A stretch of 64,000 nt of DNA from Ignavibacteriota bacterium (GTDB taxonomy: Bacteria > Bacteroidota > Ignavibacteria > UBA10030 > UBA6906), in assembly GCA_963801355.1 (NCBI GenBank), contig CAWDEM010000008.1, positions 2,208,001 to 2,272,000 on the forward strand. Direction: 5' to 3'. Position 1 is the stretch's first letter. Every line of letters begins with the position of its first letter. Below the pieces are notes generated by a model. It was not told where the DNA came from and ran no database searches. It was given only the letters and a program-made list of their open reading frames with translations. The position numbers and the translations under genes are program-made. This document shows positions 19,144 through 27,893 of this stretch, in pieces.

Positions 19144-20148
19144 CTATTCGTTATCCCCTTCACTGTGGGGCGGCCCGCCGTTCTGGAACTTTTCGTAGGC
19201 ATCGATGATATCCTTCACCAGTCGGTGCCGGACAACATCGTTCCTGTCGAAGTACACGAAGGAAATACCCTCCACACCCTGCAGGACCTCCTGAATCTGT
19301 ACGAGCCCTGAACTCTGCCTCGCAGGCAGATCGATTTGCGTGACGTCACCGGTCACAATCGCGCGGGAGTTCGGGCCCAGCCGCGTGAGAAACATCTTCA
19401 TCTGCATTGCCGACGCATTTTGCGCTTCGTCGAGGATCACAAACGCATTGTTCAGCGTTCTCCCCCGCATGTACGCGAGCGGGGCGATCTCGATCACGCT
19501 CTTCTCAATGTATCCCCGCAATTTTTCCGCTGGAATCATGTCGTCAAGAGCATCATACAGCGGCCGGAGGTAGGGGTCGATCTTTTCCTTCAGGTCGCCG
19601 GGCAGAAAACCGAGGCTTTCCCCTGCTTCGACTGCCGGACGTGTAAGCACGATCTTGGTGATCTCGTTGTTTTTCAGGCTCGCGACTGCGAAGGCAACCG
19701 CCAGATAGGTCTTGCCGGTCCCCGCCGGACCGATGGCGAAAACAATATCGTTGGCCCGGATCTGCCGCACGTACTCACGCTGGCCCGGAGTCTTTGCACG
19801 GATGATCTGGTTCTTCGTGAAGAGGATGACGTTATCCACTTCGTCATGCGAAAGACCCGAGGTGACGCCTTTCGGTACAGCCGGTTCACCGTTCGCGGTG
19901 ATAAGATCGATCACCGTGTCAACATCGTTTGTGGTCAGGGATCCGTTCTTGCGCAGGAGGAACATGAGTTCCCTGAAGATGCGATCCAGTGTATCGACCT
20001 CGGCCGGATCGCCGCGCAGGGTGATGGTATCACCGCGGACGACCACGGTGGCATCGAACCGGCGCTCCAGCACTTCGAGGTTCGCGTCATTCAGTCCGAG
20101 CAGGCCCAGCGCATCTACCCCCTCGATCTTCAGCTTCTTATCGGTCAT
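19144..20148 (-). CDS. PhoH-family ATPase
   Basis: GPAGTGKT, RPAVEAGE.LGFLPG, YMRGRT, DEAQN. Confidence 0.95.
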   Translation of the reverse strand: MTDKKLKIEGVDALGLLGLNDANLEVLERRFDATVVVRGDTITLRGDPAEVDTLDRIFRELMFLLRKNGSLTTNDVDTVIDLITANGEPAVPKGVTSGLSHDEVDNVILFTKNQIIRAKTPGQREYVRQIRANDIVFAIGPAGTGKTYLAVAFAVASLKNNEITKIVLTRPAVEAGESLGFLPGDLKEKIDPYLRPLYDALDDMIPAEKLRGYIEKSVIEIAPLAYMRGRTLNNAFVILDEAQNASAMQMKMFLTRLGPNSRAIVTGDVTQIDLPARQSSGLVQIQEVLQGVEGISFVYFDRNDVVRHRLVKDIIDAYEKFQNGGPPHSEGDNE

Positions 20149-20165
20149 GCCGCTTGTTGGTCCTC

Positions 20166-20213
20166 AAAGAAAAACGTAAACCCCCTCCCCTGCGGCGGGC
20201 GCAGGAAAGGGGG
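20166..20213 (-). terminator. Intrinsic terminator after the lipoprotein-LysM operon
   Basis: Minus strand CCCCCTTTCCTGCG-loop-CGCAGGGGAGGGGG followed by TTTACGTTTTTCTTT. Confidence 0.65.
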
Positions 20214-20238
20214 CTCACGAAACTGATAACGCTGTTCA

Positions 20239-21015
20239 CTACTTCGTCGAAGGCTCTGCCGGGGGAGTGAGCACCGCGGCCGCTCTTGCCGCAACTTTTG
20301 CATAATACTTCTTTGCGGCTGCCTTTTCGTCTCCGGTCATTTCCTTCCCCTCGGGAATCTTCAGTATCTGACCGGTATGAATGACGTCCGGATCCTTGAT
20401 CTGATCGCGGTTCCCCTGCCAGATGCGCGGCCACAGCCAGGCATTGTCATAGATGTCGGGCTTCTTGGAGATGTTCCAGAGGCAGTCGCGGTCACGGGAC
20501 CACGTCCCGACCGTGTACACTTTCACCTGCTTCGCAAGCGTTTCCTGAAGGCTCTTTACCCTCGTGTCGAGTGCGGTCAGGCGATCCCAGAATTCCGGGA
20601 TAAGCGACAGCTTGTTTCCCCAGAGTTCCTTCGATTTGGCAGCCAGTTCCGTCAGCTCGCTGCTCCGGGCCATCAGATCCGCATCCGAGAGACGCATGAG
20701 GTCTGCGGCCTTGGCTTCCGCATCATCGATTTCACTGCGATAGGCACTTGCCTTCTCGCGATCGGAACCGACAAGGGCATAGAGCTCGTCAAGGCACTTC
20801 TGGCAATCGCCGTCCAACTTATTGGATTGCGATGTGAGAGTGCCGACGGTGGTTCCAAGTGTCTTGAGCTTTGCCTGCAGGTCAGTCCGCATCTGGGTGT
20901 ACTTATTCATATCTTGCTGCCACTGCTCTTTTGTCAGCTCCTGGGCCGTCGCAAGCCCGACTGACAAGGTGAGCACGACAGCGACGATCATCATCAGAGC
21001 GCTGTGCAATTTCAT
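20239..21015 (-). CDS. Secreted coiled-coil protein with C-terminal LysM domain
   Basis: Sec signal ending ATA|QE, long heptad-rich region, LysM (YTV...DCLWNIS...W..IW..N...IKDPDVIHTGQILKIP). Confidence 0.85.
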   Translation of the reverse strand: MKLHSALMMIVAVVLTLSVGLATAQELTKEQWQQDMNKYTQMRTDLQAKLKTLGTTVGTLTSQSNKLDGDCQKCLDELYALVGSDREKASAYRSEIDDAEAKAADLMRLSDADLMARSSELTELAAKSKELWGNKLSLIPEFWDRLTALDTRVKSLQETLAKQVKVYTVGTWSRDRDCLWNISKKPDIYDNAWLWPRIWQGNRDQIKDPDVIHTGQILKIPEGKEMTGDEKAAAKKYYAKVAARAAAVLTPPAEPSTK

Positions 21016-21040
21016 GTTCAGAGACTCCTCGCTGGTTGTG

Positions 21041-21310
21041 TCACTTTGCTAGCCGTTGCTTGACAATTGCCTGGTCATCCGCGCACTTTTTCATCTGGGC
21101 ATTCTTTTCGGCGATGACTTTGTCCAGGTCGTTCTTCTTCACCTCCAACTCCTTGATCTCCTTCTCGAGCTGCGCCGTCTCGTCCTTCAAGGTCTGAAGA
21201 GCCTTCAGCTGCTCCTCGTCGGGACTTGAAGAACAACCAGTGAGGAAGAGCGATCCGCTGAACAGGAGCGTCATCCCAATGGTCATGACTGTTTTTGTGC
21301 ATTTCATCAT
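21041..21310 (-). CDS. Small coiled-coil lipoprotein (Lpp-like architecture)
   Basis: Lipobox LTGC, 64-aa mature heptad chain, C-terminal Lys, strong SD AGGAGG. Confidence 0.8.
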   Translation of the reverse strand: MMKCTKTVMTIGMTLLFSGSLFLTGCSSSPDEEQLKALQTLKDETAQLEKEIKELEVKKNDLDKVIAEKNAQMKKCADDQAIVKQRLAK

Positions 21311-21380
21311 GTGAACCCTCCTGAGATATAGGGAAACAGGTAGATTGACACTGTGATTGCGCTATCGGGTAGTAGTTGCC

Positions 21381-21409
21381 AGTATAACAAATATTTAGTT
21401 GCTTGTCAA
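21381..21409 (-). promoter_or_regulatory. Near-consensus sigma70 promoter with extended -10
   Basis: TTGACA-17 bp (ending TGT)-TATACT. Confidence 0.8.
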
Positions 21410-21462
21410 TTCTTAATTTTTCCCCGTGTTTTCTGAATTACCAGTGGATTCCGGGGAAGGGC

Positions 21463-22227
21463 CTACAACAGCCCTTTCTCGGCCAGACTCGTGAAGCGGT
21501 CACCGGCTACGATAAGGTGGTCGTGCAGTGGAATGCCGACAATGCGCCCGGCCTCGGCGAGTTGACGGGTGACTTCAGTGTCTTCTCTGCTGGGATCGGG
21601 ATTGCCCGAGGGGTGGTTGTGCACGACGATAATCGATGCGGCGCGTTGATCTATCGCCACTTTGTACACTTCGCGGGGATGCACGAGGCTCGCGTTGAGG
21701 GTGCCGCTGCTGATCTCCACTTTGGCCCTCAGAGCGTTCTTCGCATCGAGCAAGAGCACGAAAAATGCTTCCGTTGCGCGTTCTCTCAATAACGGCACCA
21801 TATGCCGGGCGACATCCTCGGGGGAATGAATGACCGGCCACGGTTCCTCGTGCTCGGCCTGCATCCTCCGTCCGATCTCAAACGCCGCGACCAGTTCAAC
21901 GGCTTTGGCCGGCCCGATGCCATGGACCCTCATGAGCTCTGCCGGCGTGCGGGAACCCAGCATCCGCAATGACCGCCCGCCGGAAAGCAGATCACGCGCA
22001 AGGTCCACCGCCGAGGAGCTGCCCGTCCCGGTCCGAAGAAGCAGCGCCAGCAACTCGGTTTCGGTCAGTGCCGAAGGTCCCTTGCCGAGGAGTTTCTCAC
22101 GGGGTCGGTCTCCGGAAGGCCATTCTTTAACGGAACCACGACGTTCAGGAATATCGGATGCTTTGCGGGGAGGTATGCCTGGCGGCCCATGACTGGGCCG
22201 TCGGGATTCATTCAACCCTGACTTCAT
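21463..22227 (-). CDS. radC: RadC/JAB domain protein (start uncertain)
   Basis: DRPREKL, HhH GIGPAKA, VHPREV, HNHPSG.P.PS.ED, DHLIV. Confidence 0.92.
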   Translation of the reverse strand: MKSGLNESRRPSHGPPGIPPRKASDIPERRGSVKEWPSGDRPREKLLGKGPSALTETELLALLLRTGTGSSSAVDLARDLLSGGRSLRMLGSRTPAELMRVHGIGPAKAVELVAAFEIGRRMQAEHEEPWPVIHSPEDVARHMVPLLRERATEAFFVLLLDAKNALRAKVEISSGTLNASLVHPREVYKVAIDQRAASIIVVHNHPSGNPDPSREDTEVTRQLAEAGRIVGIPLHDHLIVAGDRFTSLAEKGLL

Positions 22228-24268
22228 CAATGCGGATAATATTGTGTCCGTCAAACTGGAGAATAGACAACGCGTTGTTGACGCGCCCGGAGGTGAGTCC
22301 GATGACCGAATGCAGGCCGACATAGTTGTGGATCCCGGACAAGGCGCGCGCCAGCGCCTGGCGCGTCGTCGCCCCGTCCCGCATTGCGCCGAGCACCATT
22401 GCCGCCGCATCATACCCGAACAATGAATTTTTCGTCGGCCGGCGGTGAAAATGTGCTCTGTAACCGGCGGCCCAGTCCCGGTACACCGCTGCAGTTGTAT
22501 CCGTATACGATTCAGATTCAAAAACGGCACCCGTGCTGTACCGGCGATGCTCATCCAGATCGGGAAGACTGTACCATTCGCCTGATCCCAGGATTTGCGC
22601 CTGGATGTTGAAGTAGACGGTCTGTGCGGCCACCACGCCGATTTCCTCCGGGGAGCCGATCGGTGCATACAGCGCTTCGATGGTCTTGATGGGGTAGTCG
22701 AGGCTGTCCGCAAGGACTTCGTTGTACACAACGGAAATGCCGAGGGAATCCAGGCGTGCGGCGGCATCGGGGCCGACGAGCTTGGCGGCGTTCACCAATG
22801 CCCCCTTGTGCAGCAGTGAGTCCAGAGTCTTGACGGGGACGCCCAGAGCGACAAGTTTCATAAGTTCCCCGAGTTTCTTCTTCCCGCCGAAGGCGATGAA
22901 CCCCTCACTGCCCACACGCAAGCCCGCGCGACGGATGCTTTTCAGCTGGACACTCAAGTCCGTCTTGCCCCGCTCGTACCACTCCGCCGCCACTATCGTC
23001 GCACCGAGATGATGCGCTTCCTCAACAAACCCTTCCGCCAGGAACTTGCCGTACGCATCCGAGGGCGCAAGCACCGCGAGGCGCTTGTAGCCCTTCTTTG
23101 TGACGGCGTAACGGGCCATCGCACGCCCGCGCATGTCATAGTCGGGGTTCGCCTGGAACACGAACGGTCCCGTGGCGGCAATACCGTTTGCATTGGCGGT
23201 CGGGGTAATGAGCGGAATAGATTCCTCCTGGGCTGCCCGCGCCGCAGGCACTGTGGTGCTCGAGAACATCGGTCCGATGATCCCGACGATCCGTATGTCC
23301 GATGCCATGGCGCGGACAGCGTTGGACGCACGGTCGGGATCCCGTTCGGTATCATCCGTGACGAGCGTGACCTTGATCCGGTTCTTCGGATCATTCGCAA
23401 AGAGTTGAACGGCATAGATGATGCCGTCGTTGACGTCCCCTGCGATCTCTTTCGCCGCTGACGGCGAAGCATTGCGCATCAACGGGAGGAGAACCCCCAG
23501 CTTCACGTCGCTCCGTTCGGTAATCTGCTCGAGCAACCGCATCACACGCGGCTGACTCTGCAGTTCGGGGAATGTTGAGAGCATGGTGTCGAGCGTGATC
23601 CGCGCAGCCCGTGTATCCTCCGCCCTCACATGTTTTTCCGCCACATTCACGAGCAGACGGATCCGGAAGTCCCGCGGCCCTCCCGCTGCGAGCTCGCGCT
23701 CGAGTTCACTGACAGTGAGGTATCGTGCGGCGATCGTGTCCACCATGGAGCCGAGGGATTCCCGCAACCGAGGAGGTTCCGGGCGCGGCAGGAGTTCCCA
23801 CGCGCGGGAAAACTCCCGGAGGGACTCCTCCCGGCGACCGATTCTGAAGTACACCGATCCCAGTACATAGTGCGCATCGGCTGCGTAAGCGGATGACGGT
23901 GATGTCGTGAGCAACGCCCGGGCGGCTTTCACACTCTCCATGTTCTCGCCGAGCCAGAAGAGTGCTTTCGCCTGCATGATTTGCGCCGCGGTCACCCGCG
24001 GGCTCGCGGGATACGCGACGGGAAGCCGGGCAAACTGCTCCGCCGCTGCACGGTACTGGCCCTGATCGTACAATGCCACTGCATGCTGAAATAGCTCTTC
24101 CGGCCCGGCGCCGGAATCGGGCTGTTGGGCCGGAGCCAGAGTCCACGCGGCGAGGACACAGATCAACACCAGCGTTGCTGCACGTGCCGGCACTCCTCCG
24201 GGCCGGTGAGCCGCGCCCGGTTTCTGGCCCGGGGAAATGAAGTACGATCGACGCGCATGATTCATCAT
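22208..24268 (-). CDS. TPR plus periplasmic-binding-protein domain protein (LpoA/penicillin-binding protein activator-like)
   Basis: Signal peptide, BamD-like TPR helices, KLGVLLPL...IIGP...GYDAA type I periplasmic binding fold. Confidence 0.7.
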   Translation of the reverse strand: MMNHARRSYFISPGQKPGAAHRPGGVPARAATLVLICVLAAWTLAPAQQPDSGAGPEELFQHAVALYDQGQYRAAAEQFARLPVAYPASPRVTAAQIMQAKALFWLGENMESVKAARALLTTSPSSAYAADAHYVLGSVYFRIGRREESLREFSRAWELLPRPEPPRLRESLGSMVDTIAARYLTVSELERELAAGGPRDFRIRLLVNVAEKHVRAEDTRAARITLDTMLSTFPELQSQPRVMRLLEQITERSDVKLGVLLPLMRNASPSAAKEIAGDVNDGIIYAVQLFANDPKNRIKVTLVTDDTERDPDRASNAVRAMASDIRIVGIIGPMFSSTTVPAARAAQEESIPLITPTANANGIAATGPFVFQANPDYDMRGRAMARYAVTKKGYKRLAVLAPSDAYGKFLAEGFVEEAHHLGATIVAAEWYERGKTDLSVQLKSIRRAGLRVGSEGFIAFGGKKKLGELMKLVALGVPVKTLDSLLHKGALVNAAKLVGPDAAARLDSLGISVVYNEVLADSLDYPIKTIEALYAPIGSPEEIGVVAAQTVYFNIQAQILGSGEWYSLPDLDEHRRYSTGAVFESESYTDTTAAVYRDWAAGYRAHFHRRPTKNSLFGYDAAAMVLGAMRDGATTRQALARALSGIHNYVGLHSVIGLTSGRVNNALSILQFDGHNIIRIDEVRVE

Positions 24269-24272
24269 TCTG

Positions 24273-25958
24273 TCAGAAATCCTTACGGAGTGCAAGTATG
24301 CCCATGGTGTTGGCAAGCACGGCAACAGTCACAGCAATGGCGGCTATGACCATCACGGCGGTACGCAACAGGCCGCCCGCAACGGCCGCCGTCGCTCCGG
24401 AGAGGACCCGGGCTACAGGAATCACCAGGAGTGCAGCTATCAACATAATGTACGATAAACTCACGAGAAACGTGACCGATGCACCCTGCGATGCTGCCAC
24501 CTTGACCGGATTTTCTTCACGCTGCGTCGCATAATACGCGCCGGCGCCAAGGTTGATGCTCACCAACCCGATCACGGCGAACACCGTAGCGCCCGCGCAA
24601 GCCCACATGACCTGGTCCGGCGCACGCGCCATGGGCAACGTGAACCACACCAGTATTTCCGCGGGCAGCAGCAGAAGGGGCACCCAGACAACAAACTTCA
24701 TCCAGTAGAGACGGGAGAGGGAGATCGGCGACGTGCGCACGCACCAGAAGGCGTTCCCTTCCTGACTGACAGCCGGAAACACAAACCGCAGCGCGATGGA
24801 CGCGACCAGAAATCCGTCAAATACTAGAATCGTCACCAGAGCGACCGCCCAGGGGAGCGTGTGCATCGGCGGGAGGATTGACATCGCCCCGATCACAGCG
24901 GTCAGGACCACGAGAACTCCCATCATGACGCCATGGATGCGCTGCACAGGATCGCGGAAGAACTGAAGCAGGTCCCGCTTGATGACCGCCTCTGCGTTCG
25001 GCCGGCGCGTCCACCGCCGGCTGAGATCCAGCCACTTAGTCGTCCGCCCGCGGTGCGCATGCTCCCTATGGCCGTGCAGTTCCCCCACCAGCAGCCAGGT
25101 GGTGTAGTACAGACGGGAGCCTGCATAGAGCACGATCACTGCAAGGAGGACGAGCATGCCCAGGAGTCCGGTAATCGACAGCAATGCTCCACCCTGATCG
25201 CCGGCGATGATACTGCGAAGGGCAGACGACGCCATTTCGTGCGGGAGCCAGAGTGCAGAAGGCCCGGCCAGCTCCCCGGCAGCCGGTGCTTCCCCCTGGC
25301 TGCTCGCGACCGCGAAACGGATGATACGCACCGGATCGGTGAGCCGGTACGACAGAAACAACACTGCAGCGTACAGAGGCAGAGCCACAGCCAGCATGCG
25401 GCGCACACCGATTTTCGAGGCAATGTAAATCACCACCATCAACATGAACACGCCGAGGATGCCGGCGATGCACACCAGAGGCATCATCACCGTAAACATC
25501 ATCAACACGTATTGGTGCCAGGCAAGGTGGAACACCGCTCCATATCCGAGCACCCCGGACACCCCGATCAGGAGAAGCACGCCGGTGCTGGTGATCACGT
25601 TTTCTCCCATGCGAAGCGCGAAGAGGTTCCTGTGCGCAACGGGCAGCGCCTGAAGGAATTCCACCTCACGGGCTGTGAAGAGGGTTGCGTAGCTCAGAAT
25701 CACGCTCATGAAGTTCGCCGAGACGAACAACGCGAACAGGATGACGGTCACGAGCCTGTGCAGGGGCTCCGGTCCCACTCCCAGTTGACTGACCAGAAAC
25801 CATGTGAAGTTCCTCATCATCAGGAACATCCCGATCGCCATGCCGCCGAAAATAACAAGGGAAGAAAGGTTTCTGATCAGGCCGTGCGGCCGGAAGTCGG
25901 AAAGACTCTTGATGATCACGACCGCCTTGGCTCCCAGCACTGTCCGCAGATCATTCAT
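24273..25958 (-). CDS. Putative ABC exporter permease
   Basis: Polytopic membrane protein directly downstream of an ABC ATPase; EVEFLQALPV and EG..FW...TSP motifs. Confidence 0.75.
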   Translation of the reverse strand: MNDLRTVLGAKAVVIIKSLSDFRPHGLIRNLSSLVIFGGMAIGMFLMMRNFTWFLVSQLGVGPEPLHRLVTVILFALFVSANFMSVILSYATLFTAREVEFLQALPVAHRNLFALRMGENVITSTGVLLLIGVSGVLGYGAVFHLAWHQYVLMMFTVMMPLVCIAGILGVFMLMVVIYIASKIGVRRMLAVALPLYAAVLFLSYRLTDPVRIIRFAVASSQGEAPAAGELAGPSALWLPHEMASSALRSIIAGDQGGALLSITGLLGMLVLLAVIVLYAGSRLYYTTWLLVGELHGHREHAHRGRTTKWLDLSRRWTRRPNAEAVIKRDLLQFFRDPVQRIHGVMMGVLVVLTAVIGAMSILPPMHTLPWAVALVTILVFDGFLVASIALRFVFPAVSQEGNAFWCVRTSPISLSRLYWMKFVVWVPLLLLPAEILVWFTLPMARAPDQVMWACAGATVFAVIGLVSINLGAGAYYATQREENPVKVAASQGASVTFLVSLSYIMLIAALLVIPVARVLSGATAAVAGGLLRTAVMVIAAIAVTVAVLANTMGILALRKDF

Positions 25959-25965
25959 GAGGGGC

Positions 25966-26673
25966 TCAGCGCGTGATATCAAGAAATGTCTTTTCGAGTG
26001 TACCGTGCTGCGCACCGCCGGCGACGAACTTGTCTTCGTAGACGATTTTACCCTGCTTGATGATGGCAATCCGCGTGCATAATTCCTCGACGACGCGGAG
26101 CAGGTGCGTGGACATGAAGATAGTCGTCCCGGACGCAGCTCGTTCCTTCAGGAACTCCCTGACAATCCACGAGCTGCGGGGATCCAGTCCGAGCAACGGT
26201 TCATCCAGGATCAGCACCGCGGGTTCATGCACCAGGGCCCCAGCCAGCGCCACACGCTGCCGCATGCCTTGAGAATACTCCTCGGCCGTCTTGTCGATAA
26301 ACCCCTCCATCTCGAAGCAGCGGGAGTACTGTTCAATTCGTGAGTGGAGTTCCTCTGCGCGCACGCGGAACAATCCCCCGATGAAGTGCAAATACTCCCT
26401 TCCCGTCAGCTTATCATAGAGAAAGGGCTGATCAGGAAGATAGCCGAAGTTTCGCTTCGCGGAAACCGGATGGGCGTGCACGTCGAACCCGCTCACGGCA
26501 CAACTCCCCGACGTCGGTCTGTACAATCCCGTGAGCGTTTTGATGGTTGTAGTCTTCCCCGCCCCGTTCGGTCCGAGGAAACCGAAGAACTGCCCGCTTT
26601 CGACGGTGAGCGAGATGTCATCGACCGCGGTGCTGGCACCGAATTTCTTGGTAAGATTTCGTATTTCGATCAC
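25966..26673 (-). CDS. ABC transporter ATP-binding protein
   Basis: GPNGAGKTT, YSQGMRQR, ILDEP, STH. Confidence 0.93.
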   Translation of the reverse strand: MIEIRNLTKKFGASTAVDDISLTVESGQFFGFLGPNGAGKTTTIKTLTGLYRPTSGSCAVSGFDVHAHPVSAKRNFGYLPDQPFLYDKLTGREYLHFIGGLFRVRAEELHSRIEQYSRCFEMEGFIDKTAEEYSQGMRQRVALAGALVHEPAVLILDEPLLGLDPRSSWIVREFLKERAASGTTIFMSTHLLRVVEELCTRIAIIKQGKIVYEDKFVAGGAQHGTLEKTFLDITR

Positions 26674-26699
26674 GCTGGATTCCCGTACGGTGTAATATA

Positions 26700-27890
26700 C
26701 TACTTTCTGTGTGCGGATTTTCCGACGCCGCCCAGCAATTCTTTCTGCTGGGCGCGAAGTATAGCGATCCCGTCGTCAAGGAGCGTAAGTGCTTCCGTCC
26801 GCCGGGTCCCGGCCCCTGCCCGCTTGATCATCCGCTGCCGCAGCACATGGTCGTACAGCGTCAGTGCAACCATCGCTTCCGCCACCGGCACGAGACGCGG
26901 GCAGATGCACGGGTCATGCCGTCCCCCGACGACCAGCCGGGCAGTGCGCCCGTCGACCGTTGCGCTCTCCTGCTCTTTATGAATCGACGACGTGGGCTTC
27001 ACGGCAATCCGGACCACAATATCTTCTCCGTTGGATATTCCTCCCGCTATCCCCCCGGCGTTGTTCGTCCGCGTGCGGAACCGGACGGTCTCCCGATCAA
27101 AGTAGATCGGGTCATTGTTCTGGCTCCCTCGCAGTCTGGCCGCGGCAAAGCCGTTGCCGACTTCAAAGCCACGCACGGCTCCTATCGACATCAACGCTTT
27201 TGCGAGGTCTGCCTCGAGTTTGTCAAATACCGGATCCCCCAGACCGACAGGCGGATTGCGCACGGTAACTTCGACAACCCCGCCGACCGAGTCTCCTTCC
27301 TTCTTTGCGCGCAACACGGCACGCTCCATCCTGACCGCGGCTTTGGGATCGGCACAACGGAGGGGATTCTGTTCGATGGCGTCGATCCGGAATGATTTCG
27401 CACGGATGCCGGCAACCTCCGTCGTGTAACCATAGATGGCAGTGCCCAGCCGGGTAAGCTCTTGCTTCGCCAGCGCTCCCGCCGCGACACGGCCGGCGGT
27501 CTCACGACCCGATGAACGCCCTCCACCACGGTAATCCACGACACCGAACTTTGCCAGATAGGTGTACCCTGCATGTCCCGGGCGGAAGATCTTGTTCAGA
27601 TGCGCATATGCTGCGGGGCGCTGATCCGTGTTCCGGATAATCATGCAGAGTGGAGTGCCCGTGGTCTTCCCTTCAAAAACGCCGCTCAGGATTTCCACAC
27701 GGTCCGCCTCTTTCCTGGTAGAGGTCATCCTGCTCTGCCCCGGGCGCCGTCGATCGAGCTCGCGCTGTATCACCGCAGCGTCGAACTTCATTCCCGGCCT
27801 CACGCCATCGATGACAACACCGAGGGCGGGTCCGTGACTTTCACCAAACGTGGTGATGCGAAAGTGTTTGCCGAACCGATTCCCTGCCAT
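26700..27890 (-). CDS. aroC: Chorismate synthase
   Basis: TTFGESHG, RPGHA, GGGRSSGRET, GGISNG, RHDPC. Confidence 0.97.
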   Translation of the reverse strand: MAGNRFGKHFRITTFGESHGPALGVVIDGVRPGMKFDAAVIQRELDRRRPGQSRMTSTRKEADRVEILSGVFEGKTTGTPLCMIIRNTDQRPAAYAHLNKIFRPGHAGYTYLAKFGVVDYRGGGRSSGRETAGRVAAGALAKQELTRLGTAIYGYTTEVAGIRAKSFRIDAIEQNPLRCADPKAAVRMERAVLRAKKEGDSVGGVVEVTVRNPPVGLGDPVFDKLEADLAKALMSIGAVRGFEVGNGFAAARLRGSQNNDPIYFDRETVRFRTRTNNAGGIAGGISNGEDIVVRIAVKPTSSIHKEQESATVDGRTARLVVGGRHDPCICPRLVPVAEAMVALTLYDHVLRQRMIKRAGAGTRRTEALTLLDDGIAILRAQQKELLGGVGKSAHRK

Positions 27891-27893
27891 ACG

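Noticed and set aside
22228-22767. Long N-terminal extension of RadC in the ORF track (and similar extensions of scpA, trmH, aroDE, aroB, the permease)
   Set aside because: They overlap upstream genes or promoters and lack family similarity; the true starts are downstream
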